DNA from: Fistulifera solaris
Lineage: Eukaryota
Assembly: GCA_030295235.1 (NCBI GenBank)
Contig: AP026132.1
Location: 1,116,001 to 1,180,000, forward strand
Reading direction: 5' to 3'
Length of the DNA: 64,000 nucleotides
Each line of letters starts with the position of its first letter. The first letter of the stretch is position 1. This document shows, piece after piece, positions 38,481-49,177 of this stretch. Below the pieces are notes generated by a model that worked only from the letters and a program-made list of their open reading frames with translations, did not search any database and was not told the origin of the DNA. Both the position numbers and the translations under genes were made by a program.

Positions 38481-39596
38481 TCAATCGTCTTTCGCCAACG
38501 AGTAACCCAAAAACGACAAATCCTTTTCGTACGTTCTTTGAATGGTCGACAGCGTCTCGCTGTTAAGATCCTTCACATTGAGATGTGTCTCCTTATCTCG
38601 TTCTTGGGCCCCAATGGCATTGAACTTTTCTAACTTGATATCCGTCGACGAGAACGCTGCCATTAACTTTTCAAAGGATTCCCCGAAACCATCGTCCATT
38701 CGTAAAACATAATCCAACATTCTTACTTGATGCGGACCGAAAATAAAGTCATATTGCGGTGTAAAGTGTCCATTGTCATTGAGGAATCCTTCCGCCGATG
38801 GTTCCGTGTGTTGTTGATTATCCAGTTTATTCTGCAACCATTCGTTCATGTATGCGGGTTCGAGTAACCGTGTTCGATTGCATTGATCCGGTCTCCAGTC
38901 TTTGACTTTTAAGGAGCAAATGTAGTAAAATTCGGAAACCATCCGGTCGAATGGATCACGAATGACACCAAACAATTCGGCGTCTTGATACGGATTGAGA
39001 TTGAAAATGGGAAAGAATTGACTGGGAATATGCCACCAACCAATGTAGGACGGCCAATATCCTCCTGCAGGATACGAACAAGTATGACGCTGTGTCAACG
39101 ACGCAAGTGTGAGTGTTATTGGAAAAGGCTGACAATAAGGGTGACAATCGACAACTTACAATCGGTTTGTGTTTAAAAAGACAGCTTCCCCATGCGACTT
39201 TTTGTCCAGCAGCTTGTTCGATTGCTAGTATGGTGAAGAGAAGAAGCTCAAAATATGTGAGAATAACGAGTGTAGAGCATGTTTGATCAAGCCTACGAAA
39301 CAGCAGATGCAATAGAATGAGCCTCATTATAGTTTCAACTCACCCGTCCCAGCCGTTTTCGGTATATGAAAGAACTTTAATGTCCGTTTCAGACTCTTGA
39401 AAGAGTTGACATATTCAAGAGCCGACGCTAGCTCCGTTTTCGTGACAGAGGCTCGTATCTGAGGCGCGGTTGTCGACTGAAAGGACTGAATCGACCAGAC
39501 CCACACGACAACGGCACCCAACACCACCAAGTAATAAACGTAACGAACTGGGAAGCGACGATTTCTTCGGTTTGCGGAAGAAGTAATGACTACCAT
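38481..39596 (-). CDS. Sulfotransferase family protein (type II membrane, 3 exons)
   Basis: N-terminal TM helix; 'FFHIPKTAGT', 'IRDPFDRMVSEFYY', 'HFTPQYDF', 'YEKDLSFLGY'. Confidence 0.85.
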
Positions 39597-39736
39597 TGTG
39601 ATGAGGACTTTCCGCAGTATCTAATTTGTAGAGGAACGGATGCAATGCGGAAAGAACGACGACGCGAGGTGGCCATGGTCGACCAACAATAATGCGGAGG
39701 AGATCGAAAATCGACTCCGACATTATAAATGTTATT

Positions 39737-40003
39737 GACTATGAAACAACAAGTAGTAGCTTTGTCGTTCCAGGTTTGAAACTTGTTTTGACCAAAGAGT
39801 AGTAACCAGTACTTGCGCCGTAAACTTACACAATGACCTATAGTAGAATCCAACGGAAACAAATCATTATTATTTTGTCACTATAGAACCACAAGTAGTT
39901 ACTTTGTCGCTCCATGTTTGAAACTAGTTTTGACTCATGAGTTACAACCCATATTTGCGCCTTAAACCAACATAAATAGCTATAGTAATTTCCCAACGGA
40001 AAA
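39737..40003. repeat. Diverged direct repeat, two copies of ~125 bp, period ~142 bp
   Basis: 'caagtagt..ctttgtcg.tcca.gtttgaaact.gttttgac' and 'ttgcgcc.taaac...ctatagta...ccaacggaaa' each occur twice. Confidence 0.8.
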
Positions 40004-40159
40004 CTGTACGTAACCTTATCTCTCGTCGTGTTCGACTTTGTTCGACGCCGCTTTTATTACGGAGTATTTTTTTCACCTCGCATTCACATGCACGCTTGTT
40101 GCATTCATTCCGCTTTTACAATCCACAATCATCCTTCGAATCACTTTACATCAATAGAA

Positions 40160-43100
40160 ATGGATCTTCATTCTATACTGAATGCTTCAGACTCATCCGA
40201 TGACGATTCTCCGGATGATACCGATCACAATGGAGTCGTAGATTTAGAACAAATTCTTTGTGAAAGCGACGACGAAGGCTCCGACGAGGACTCGTACGAT
40301 TTAGGGCGTTCGCGCATTACGGCCGATCAGATTTTAGATACGGATGCTGTCGAGTTGAATCGACTGAAAGGAGAGTCATCGGCCACGCATTCCACGAGCG
40401 ATTGGGCTATTTTGCAATCCATTCTCATGAGTGACGATGAAGAAGGAGACAATGATGATGCCGAAGAAGAGGAAGAAGAAGAAGAATGGCTCAAATCATC
40501 CACAACAATAAAAAACAACAACTTACCTTTTACCAAGTATGAAAGCCCCGTGGTGAAGAAGTCTCTTCTGGAGGATGATTCCGAAAGTGATAATCTGCCT
40601 GCCAACCTTCCGAATACTTTGTTGCCCCCACTTGCCGTAGCCACAATACAAGACGATGGAAAGAAAACTGATCGATCGCCGCTTCGACAAAACGTGACAT
40701 CTTCGTCGTCGCTATTTTCAGGAGACAATGCGATCAATCCAACAACGAAACGAGAAAAGGCCCAACAACGTTCTGAGGATAGCAAATCAGAAGAGATATC
40801 CATCAAAGCACAAGCCTATTCTACTTCCTACGAACAAAAGTTACTAAAATCAGGTCAACGGGAAATGGTATCACCACTCCGTGTCAAACGGCGACTCAAA
40901 CAGAAAATTGAACTCACTCCGCGCGGCAAAGAACCAAAGAAAGCGACGCGGATCGCGGCACTCTCGGTCACGCGGTTTGGTTCCTCCGGTTTGGTCGAGA
41001 ACAAAACCTTGACGGGAGTGAGTACATCATTGGAAAAACATTCCAAGGAGGGTGCGAAAGTGCTGTGTGGGCTACCGACGTGTCTCGCATTCAATAGTAA
41101 ATTCATTGCGGTCGGAACACAACGTGGTATCGTTCTGGTGTATGATTTGTTTGAAGTGCTGCGCCAGCGTTTGGGGGCTACCTACGATGACAACGCGGGC
41201 GCGATGAGAGCGGGTCCGGTGACATCGATTGATCTGAGTTTTCAAGGAGAGACGGTCCTTTCGGGGCATGCCAGCGGAATTGTGGTCGTATGGGATATTA
41301 TACGAGGGATCGTGCTGCGCGCCGTCCACGATACGCACATATCCCCCATATCCTCGGCACGGTTTATGAGTGATTGGAAGGTAGTGACCGTGGATGTCGG
41401 AGGGATCGTCAATAAAATCTCGTTTACTAAAAATATGATATGGAGCAACTACTCCGTGGACACGGAGTGTTTATTGGATGGTACAGCGGGACAAATTCTT
41501 GCCATGAACGTCTTACCTCCCTATGCTACTATCAAAACCCAACAAGTACGACCCGATCCCCTCACCGATATCTTGAAGAAACTGACACTCATAGCTTTGA
41601 GTTCGGAGCGCAGCTCCTTCGCTGTGGCGGTCGAGCCACAAATAAATGTTTTGCACCGATGGGCGAGACCTCCCGCTGATAAAACGGATGATGTGTCTAT
41701 CAACACTGGCAATAATCCAGTTCCATCAGAATTTCTACCTTGTTTGTCTTGGGGTTGGGGACTGATAGCAGGTGGTGGAAACACGGTCATGCCGATCCTC
41801 GCCAGAGCTTGGGGATGCTGCTTGCAGCTGTTATGTGCTAGTTTTCCGTCCATTGATGACGGGTCACTGGTCGAATCAAATTCGATTCATTGGCCTGCGT
41901 TCGGGGTGCACAGAGAAGTTGATACGGGAAAACCTGTGGTTGCCGTCGAGTGGCTCAACGACCGTTCGTTGATGTATTTGACACTGACCAACGAATTCAC
42001 GTTGGTCGATACAGTCATGATGACGCTACTGGAAAAGCTTGATTTTTCCGGTTTGAAGCTAGTATACGCTGAGTTCGCCCTCAGTCGATCTTCGAGAACT
42101 CCTGGAACCGACGACGAAAACGGACAAGTGTCCGCAACCACATTTCAAAACAGCATTCGATACAGCGATGACCGCCTGCTCGTTCTTTGCAAAAATGAAC
42201 TGAAATGTATATCTGTGGTTGGTGCCCGTAAACGAATATCTTCGTTGGAACACGATGGCGAATGGCTTGAAGCTCTGGCATTGGCTCTGGATTATTACGA
42301 TAGCGCAGTCGTGAGTCTTGAGGATCGTAGACGAGATCCTAGTAGAAAACGAGATTTGTCTCGCCATCCTGATCTTTTTAGAGCAAGAGGTGAGGACGAT
42401 GAAGAGGAGTGGCTATCAAAGCTTCTTGTTCGCTATCTGAACTTGGCAGTGGAGAATGCACCGGACGTCGCTCACATCTCTACTTGCGGTCGGGTAAACA
42501 ACAACGGCGGGAATGATTTGTCACGGAGTCATTACCAAATGCTAGCTGGAGTTTGTGTTGAATTCTGTTCTGTCACGAGAAAACCAGAACTGTTATTTGG
42601 TCCGGTTTTTCAGAGATTTCAGTCAGCAGGGTTTTCAGCTATCTTCTTCGATGTGCTAGAACCGTACGTCCTGAATGATAAAATTCCCTACATCAGTGCC
42701 GAAGCAATGTCTTACTTTGTCGAGCATTGTAAGATGACGAAAGGCATATCAACCGTGGAACGCTGTTTGCTTCATATGGATTGCTCGATCATGGACTTTG
42801 ATACCATTCTATCCCTTCTTCGACGCAATGCAATGTACACTGCGCTGTTTTGTATCTACAACAACGGCCTCGACGATTTCGTTTCGCCGCTAGAAATTGT
42901 TCTTGATAAAGTTTTTGATGAAGCGGACGCTGGTAGCGCGTTGTTAAAACGAAGGGAAGACGGTGTGCCTCAAACAGATTTTGAAAAACTCGGTTACAAA
43001 GCGCTTCTATATCTCAAATGCTGCTTCATGGGCAAAACGTTTCCCCGAGAGGATGAATTACTAACTGATGAAAAGTGCAGAAAGGTTCGTCAAGATCTTT

Positions 43101-45208
43101 TGACTTTCTTGACTAGCAAGAAATATCTGTCGTCCTCTGTAAGAAAGGGCGAGCAGGAATATGCTGGTCATCGAGCTTTTCACTATCCGTACATGCGCTT
43201 GCTCCTGTTGGTAGATGCACGGTCAACTCTTGAAGCCGTTACTCTTGCTTTGAATGCAGAAGATAGTCAAGTTTTGGCATTTGCGAGTATTGACGAGGGA
43301 TGGGAAAGTGGTGCGCAGAACGCGAAGAGTCTCCCCGGAAGCCAAGAGATAGTCCAAATACTAGCTTCGATAATTCAACCTGGTTCCCAGCCGCCTGGTA
43401 TGACACCGACAACATACCGAATAGCGACAAACGCATTCCTTGATTTCACTTCGGAATACATTTTGAAGCGCGCCGTTAGAGTTGATTCAGAAATCACATA
43501 CATGATACTTACACGGGTATGCGATTCGTTTGAAGACGCCACTGATTCTGGAATGCGACGGAGCACTCAAAAACAGGTCATGGATCTTGTTACTTCTCTA
43601 CCAAGAGATGGCTATGACCCAGATACCGTCCTTGCTATCATCAATAAATCAGGCATGCATCGCGCTGGTCTACTGCTACATCAACAAGTCGCTTCTACAT
43701 GGATTGACTCGTCTCGACCAGATATTATGGAGTTGAGATGTCGCCACTTCGAAAGTGCGATCGAATGTTACGTTGGAGATGATGATCCCGAATTTAGGGT
43801 CGAAGTCTACAGCTATATCAAAAAGGAGTGTTCGGGGGTAACTTCTGATAAGGATTCCGAAAGCCAACGTGGACTTCACAAGTCTGTTTTTTCGAAACTA
43901 CCTGAACTTTGTAAGCTCAGTCCTCAGAAAACGGCTAGTTTGGTCGCGGATCTTTTCGTCGATGACATTGATCAAATTGTGATGTCCTTGGAAGGGAACG
44001 ACGAAGTGCAATTCAGTTTTCTACACGTAGTTGCATCTGGTGAATTGGCGCAACTAGACCCAGCGGCGGCCTCTATTTTGATACTAAGCTTGGAGCACTA
44101 CCATACTTACTTGGCGCTCATGGCAAAACTCCACCCAGAAATGGTGTACGACTATCTTGTCGCGAGTGACAATTACCGTGCGACAGAGTGCCTGGAGCTA
44201 TGTGAAAAATATGACATCCCTGATGCGTCCGTTTATCTTTTGGAGCGAAGCGACAAAGTTAATGAAGCCATCAGACTTGGTCTACAGACACTTGAGAGTA
44301 AAATGATGGAAATGAAACGAACTGTTCGTGGGATGGAGATAGATTCATTTCGTACAGAATACAAATCGCAACGACGATCAAGCCGACGCGACAAGCAGGA
44401 TGCCTTTCCCAATCGCCACGACAGAACACAGGAGAGTTTGAAAAGGATGCTAACGGTTATCTTGGATGTCTGCGAAAGAAAATCAAGTGAACATGGATCT
44501 AAACTATGGTTTACGGTTCTCGATCGCCTCATCACCGCCAAAGGATTTCTGCGGCTTGCGAAAGAACAGCCGCAACATGCTAAAATCATGGCAAACGTTC
44601 TTAGTGATTTATTACGACAAACTATGCAGAGAATGGTATCTAGCGTACCCTTGTTGGATCTTGTTCAAAAAGTAACAACCGGCCATTCGGGCAGCGACCT
44701 TGGCGAGCTGAGAGAGATGTTAGAAAGCCTTCTCACTGCTTATAATTTCGAACTCAGAGTTTTCGAGGACGTAACAACTGTATTCAAGCAAGATGTCCAC
44801 GAGGCGAAAAACCAGAACCGCGGGCTTTGTGTCTGCGGATCGCGAGTTGATAGCATTCTCAATATTGACCTTAAGGCAGAATCGGCCCATGAAGTATCTC
44901 AGATTCTGAAGTCAAACAGAGATTCCATACTGCAAGTCGGGGCAACCAGTAATGCGTGCTTTGTGGTCGGCGACCGTGACTTTTACAACCGAAAGATAGA
45001 GAACGGCTTTTCGAAGGCGCTTACTAAACTCCGCTCTAGAAGGGCTGGTCCCCTTCGCGACTGCGGAGGACGACATTCTCGTTTGAATTTCATGACGAAT
45101 GAAGAGCAGAGCGTTCGACTAGGGGAGCCGGATCCGATCGTGATGGGTCCAAGACCCGTCAAGGCACTAGGAGCGGCCCAACACCATGGACGGCTGATAA
45201 CGTTTTGA
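40160..45208 (+). CDS. VPS8: Vacuolar protein sorting 8 homolog (CORVET subunit)
   Basis: Intronless ~1680 aa: acidic N-terminus, WD40 region ('GLPTCL...IAVGTQRG', 'LARAWG'), then 'FFDVLEPYVL', 'VERCLLHMD', 'DFVSPL', 'LWFTVLD'. Confidence 0.88.
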   Translation: MDLHSILNASDSSDDDSPDDTDHNGVVDLEQILCESDDEGSDEDSYDLGRSRITADQILDTDAVELNRLKGESSATHSTSDWAILQSILMSDDEEGDNDDAEEEEEEEEWLKSSTTIKNNNLPFTKYESPVVKKSLLEDDSESDNLPANLPNTLLPPLAVATIQDDGKKTDRSPLRQNVTSSSSLFSGDNAINPTTKREKAQQRSEDSKSEEISIKAQAYSTSYEQKLLKSGQREMVSPLRVKRRLKQKIELTPRGKEPKKATRIAALSVTRFGSSGLVENKTLTGVSTSLEKHSKEGAKVLCGLPTCLAFNSKFIAVGTQRGIVLVYDLFEVLRQRLGATYDDNAGAMRAGPVTSIDLSFQGETVLSGHASGIVVVWDIIRGIVLRAVHDTHISPISSARFMSDWKVVTVDVGGIVNKISFTKNMIWSNYSVDTECLLDGTAGQILAMNVLPPYATIKTQQVRPDPLTDILKKLTLIALSSERSSFAVAVEPQINVLHRWARPPADKTDDVSINTGNNPVPSEFLPCLSWGWGLIAGGGNTVMPILARAWGCCLQLLCASFPSIDDGSLVESNSIHWPAFGVHREVDTGKPVVAVEWLNDRSLMYLTLTNEFTLVDTVMMTLLEKLDFSGLKLVYAEFALSRSSRTPGTDDENGQVSATTFQNSIRYSDDRLLVLCKNELKCISVVGARKRISSLEHDGEWLEALALALDYYDSAVVSLEDRRRDPSRKRDLSRHPDLFRARGEDDEEEWLSKLLVRYLNLAVENAPDVAHISTCGRVNNNGGNDLSRSHYQMLAGVCVEFCSVTRKPELLFGPVFQRFQSAGFSAIFFDVLEPYVLNDKIPYISAEAMSYFVEHCKMTKGISTVERCLLHMDCSIMDFDTILSLLRRNAMYTALFCIYNNGLDDFVSPLEIVLDKVFDEADAGSALLKRREDGVPQTDFEKLGYKALLYLKCCFMGKTFPREDELLTDEKCRKVRQDLLTFLTSKKYLSSSVRKGEQEYAGHRAFHYPYMRLLLLVDARSTLEAVTLALNAEDSQVLAFASIDEGWESGAQNAKSLPGSQEIVQILASIIQPGSQPPGMTPTTYRIATNAFLDFTSEYILKRAVRVDSEITYMILTRVCDSFEDATDSGMRRSTQKQVMDLVTSLPRDGYDPDTVLAIINKSGMHRAGLLLHQQVASTWIDSSRPDIMELRCRHFESAIECYVGDDDPEFRVEVYSYIKKECSGVTSDKDSESQRGLHKSVFSKLPELCKLSPQKTASLVADLFVDDIDQIVMSLEGNDEVQFSFLHVVASGELAQLDPAAASILILSLEHYHTYLALMAKLHPEMVYDYLVASDNYRATECLELCEKYDIPDASVYLLERSDKVNEAIRLGLQTLESKMMEMKRTVRGMEIDSFRTEYKSQRRSSRRDKQDAFPNRHDRTQESLKRMLTVILDVCERKSSEHGSKLWFTVLDRLITAKGFLRLAKEQPQHAKIMANVLSDLLRQTMQRMVSSVPLLDLVQKVTTGHSGSDLGELREMLESLLTAYNFELRVFEDVTTVFKQDVHEAKNQNRGLCVCGSRVDSILNIDLKAESAHEVSQILKSNRDSILQVGATSNACFVVGDRDFYNRKIENGFSKALTKLRSRRAGPLRDCGGRHSRLNFMTNEEQSVRLGEPDPIVMGPRPVKALGAAQHHGRLITF

Positions 45209-45328
45209 AAGTACTCACGCTCACCGTATAATGTCTAGAATAGACACCAATTACCGCTAGAGTTAAAGTGCTCACGCTCACTGTATAATGTCTCGAATAG
45301 ACACCGAAGTTCCGCTAGAGTTAAAGTG
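45208..45328. repeat. Short tandem duplication, two copies of ~57 bp, between convergent stop codons
   Basis: 'aaagt.ctcacgctcac.gtataatgtct.gaatagacacc...ccgctagagtt' occurs twice. Confidence 0.85.
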
Positions 45329-45378
45329 TATCATTAATTGTTTTACAGATGAGAAAAGCATCATAGTCTAATCATTCA

Positions 45379-46552
45379 TCACTGCGTATCTTCTAAAGCG
45401 CGTTTCTGCCCAGAGGCTTGGGAGTTGGACGCAATGGAATGTTCGACTCCCCGAATACCCACGGACGTGACCTGGTAGCTCGCGGACGCTGCCGGAAGTC
45501 TCGGGGACTTGGCCAGCGTACAGGTTCGCTCGTTATTTCCTCGATGATGAGACAATATCAACCGAGTGGTGACCGCGTGCGCCCATGACTCTCCCAAAGC
45601 CGGTATCAACTCCCCACCATCATCCTTCAATTTAGTCGTCATTTGATTGATCGCCACGGCAGCAAGATCGTGTTGTGCCGCCAGCTGCGCCAACTGATTC
45701 GCATAGTTTGTGAGCTGTCGAGACCGGGCGACGAAAAACTCCACATCATCACCCGTGACACTCATGGGCGTCGCACGAACCGGAAAGGCGATGCTATCCA
45801 CCACCACTAGTTTGATGGGAAAGTCCGTTTGTGCTCGTTCTTGCAAAAGTCGCGGCAAACTTCCTTCCAAGGTCGCCTGTAAGGCCGCATTGTCATGAAC
45901 GCGAATGATATGAATTCCTTGCAAAATGTCTTCCGGCGTGATATCCCAACGTTCGGGAAGATTCGGATGACGTTGTCGTCTTCGCCCTAATCCCGATTGT
46001 ACATGATGTATCAAAGCTGTTGCCATATCATAACATCGTTCCGGAGAGAAACTCCCTTCTGTATCAATGTAACAGGTTTCCCCTTGCACGCCTCCGGTCC
46101 AGCTGGTCAATCGGGCATTGACCGCCAATTGCATGCCCCATTGTGTTTTCCCGGCACCAGGACTTCCCGCAAGTTCGGTCAATTCGCCTAACGGAATGCC
46201 TCCGCGGAGCATTTGATCAATTTGTCGACAAAATGTAATAATGTTGGAAGCTCCTTCGGAGCGTTGGGCGAGCTTAATTCTTGTGCCGATACCGGTCGAC
46301 GGTTCGGCAATGAACTTTGATTTTCTTTTGTGCATCATGATCGAGCGACTGTAATTCCTGCCAGATGCGACCGGCTTCGGACAAAGCAATGCCGAGTTCG
46401 GCCGCTAAATTGGAGAGTCCTCCCGAGCGAAAGGATTCTTGCACTTCTTGTTGCGTATGAAAGCCTCGTGTCGCGAATAATTGTTGCGTTGAGGGACGTA
46501 GCGGAAGATGAGAAAGTGGCGTGTGTAGTTGTTTATTGTTGTTTGCTTTCAT
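45379..46552 (-). CDS. RAD51C: RAD51 paralog, RAD51C-like (frameshift near 46322)
   Basis: Motifs 'LRGGIPLGELTELAGSPGAGKTQ', 'YIDTEGSF', 'LVVVDSIAF', 'INQMTT', 'PALGESWAHA'. The N-terminus lies in ORF 46274..46552. Confidence 0.85.
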
Positions 46553-46715
46553 TTGTCATTCGTATTAATTACTCTCTCTCATGCAAGTGGTGTTTATGTT
46601 CCATCGCATTGCTCATCGCTTGTCAATGTGGCATTTATTTTTCCGTTTTTATAGAGGGCAAGAGTCACAATACTTCAGAATTTCCGTCTGCTTCAAAATA
46701 AGATAAAACTTATGT

Positions 46716-47210
46716 ACTATGGACCAAAGTGTTATCCGTATTCTCCACGACTGCATTTCAGTCATGATTGCTTTGGCTTTTGAGCGACAGTGCTGCCTAC
46801 AATTCGTTCAATCATCACATAACTTGAGTTCAAGTTGTCATTGTTGCAATGAAATAGCCGTTAGCAGCGTTTGTATTACACGTGATTATATTCTACGTCG
46901 AAGAACCTTGCGAAACATTGCCTTCCTAATTTTTTTACTATCGACTATATAGTCCTGTCCGTATTTCGCCACGACTGCATTTCAGTCATAAATCAATACT
47001 CTTTTGAGCTTTGAGCGACAATGCTGCCTACAATTCGTCCGTTCAGCAATAAATTTTGAGCTCCTTGTCGGTGTTGCAATGCAATAGTCCTTAGCAGCGT
47101 TTTCATTTCCGGTCATTATGTTTTAAGTCGACGAGCTTTGCGAAACGTTGTCTTCCGAATATTTACTATAGACCCAAAGTGATGGTTCTATGAGACCGCG
47201 ACTGAACGAG
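46716..47210 (+). repeat. Dispersed repeat family C: three cores separated by two bodies
   Basis: 'ccacgactgcatttcagtcat' at 46745 and 46969, degenerate copy at 47196; homologous to 21019-21498. Confidence 0.85.
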
Positions 47211-47429
47211 TCCCGAGGCCTGTGTCATTACCTCGCCTGTCCGTCGCACAAAGCAAAGCAACCAACCGCAAAAAAAGCCGCAAAGAAAAACGCAAAGAAA
47301 ACGAACGTCCCTTTACCAACAAAAGGTAGCAACATTGTTTCCTTTGACGTGTCCTATTCGGATATTATTTCTCTGAATAAAAAGAAAAAGAAAGAAACGT
47401 GCTGTTCGCTTGCGCGTAAACGAACGAAT

Positions 47430-48872
47430 ATGCTGCTTTCATCGAACTGCACGATTTCTTTCTTCCTCATCATGACAGCGATCATCTCTCGAGTACATTC
47501 TTTCACAACTAGCGCAGTACGACGACATGATGTTCTCGTTCATAGGACTATCAAAACTCGATTTTTCTCTCAAGCCAGTGCAGCAGCATCGTCGTCGTCA
47601 TCGTCGTCATTACCGTCCCAGAAAATGAAGCGTTCCGAATTGACCCGCCCCAAAACAGTGCGCAACGATACGGGAGGATTACGGCGTTTACCGGTCGTCA
47701 AGGCGCCTTCCGAACTCATGTCTCGCGCTCAAAAAACGGCACGAATGATACGGGCCGACCCCAATGTCAAAAATGTGCGCAATCGCGCCCGAAAACACGG
47801 TGCGGAAACCATCAACGCCCTCGTGCAAGCTCTGTGTTTACCATTGCGCGACTGTGTGGATGGCTACAAAGCGGAATGGCGGCGGTTGCATCCCTTTGAA
47901 CGAGTCGTGGCGGATCTAACCGCCAGAGCCCGGCAAAAGAAAGATGGTGTGACGTTGACACAAGTATTAGATGATATTCACGAAGCGCGGAAAATTGTTT
48001 TGGAAGCCGGAAAAGACTGGATTGCCAAAATTAAAAGCGCCGAAACAGCCAAAGAAGCCGGCGACAGTCTTCAAGAAGCAACCGATAGTTTGTTGAAGCT
48101 GTATCAAGAATTCGCTACGAAGCCCGTGACGGAGATCATGGAATTGCAACGTTCTTTGCGCAGTGCCCCCATTGTGCAGTTGGATACACCTGCCGTCGTG
48201 CTCGTGGGGGCCCCGAATGTCGGCAAGTCCAGTATTGTACGAGCAATCTCGTCAGCGACACCGGAAGTCAACAATTATCCCTTTACCACTCGTGGGATGA
48301 CATTGGGTCATGTCGAAGTCTTCTGGTCGGACAATTCGGTCATTGGGAAAGCGGTTGTACCGGAAGGAAAACAGCGCAGGTCCCGAGACGTGGCGCCTGA
48401 AGTGGCCAGTGGACAATACGCTTTCTCGCAACTCTGTCAAGTCATGGATTCTCCGGGTCTATTGGTTCGTGAAGACCATGAACGCAACGAAATGGAGGCA
48501 TTAACCTTAGCTGCCATGCAACACCTACCCACCGCTGTTATGTATGTGATGGATTTGTCCGGTGGAGCGGGGGACAAGTGCTCCAGCGTCGCCGATCAAT
48601 TGCAGTTACGTCGTGATATGCGAGCGCGTTTCCCGCGAAGACCGTGGTTGGACGTGGTTTCCAAATATGATTTGGGTGTCGTCGATGGCGCATTGGAAGA
48701 ATTGGAAGATATTATCGGGGGCGATCAGTACATCAGACTATCCATCCATGAAGGACTGGGTGTGAATGAACTCCGTACCGAAGTCCTTCGAATGTTGGGG
48801 GAAGTTCGTGTCGTTTTGGATGCAATGGCTTCTGTTTCGGCGAAAGAGAAACAGCAAGACGTTGCCAGATGA
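47430..48872 (+). CDS. NOG1-like (OBG family) GTPase, probably organelle-targeted
   Basis: Motifs 'LHPFE', G1 'GAPNVGKSS', G2 'YPFTT', G3 'DSPG', G4 'SKYD'. Hydrophobic N-terminus ending 'VHSF'. Exact start uncertain. Confidence 0.85.
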   Translation: MLLSSNCTISFFLIMTAIISRVHSFTTSAVRRHDVLVHRTIKTRFFSQASAAASSSSSSSLPSQKMKRSELTRPKTVRNDTGGLRRLPVVKAPSELMSRAQKTARMIRADPNVKNVRNRARKHGAETINALVQALCLPLRDCVDGYKAEWRRLHPFERVVADLTARARQKKDGVTLTQVLDDIHEARKIVLEAGKDWIAKIKSAETAKEAGDSLQEATDSLLKLYQEFATKPVTEIMELQRSLRSAPIVQLDTPAVVLVGAPNVGKSSIVRAISSATPEVNNYPFTTRGMTLGHVEVFWSDNSVIGKAVVPEGKQRRSRDVAPEVASGQYAFSQLCQVMDSPGLLVREDHERNEMEALTLAAMQHLPTAVMYVMDLSGGAGDKCSSVADQLQLRRDMRARFPRRPWLDVVSKYDLGVVDGALEELEDIIGGDQYIRLSIHEGLGVNELRTEVLRMLGEVRVVLDAMASVSAKEKQQDVAR

Positions 48873-49177
48873 ATGTTATCGTCAAACGGACTCGTTTGAA
48901 AATACTCATTCTCTTCGTTCGCTGCTTCAAGGGCCGAAAGGGAGCGATCAGATGTCGGGAGTCGGGAAAATGCAGCCATCGTCTTCCAGTACCTCAACTG
49001 ATTACCTTTCTCGATGACCATCTGAAAGACTATTGGCGGCTTCGCAATGAACAGCGGTTGTTTAACTAAGTATGATGATGAAACACCAAAGCGCCATACT
49101 CGTTTAGGATCATAGCCAACACATGTACATCATCCTTTCTTTTCCTAACCTAGTCTACTTAGCTAATTGCGTAAAAA

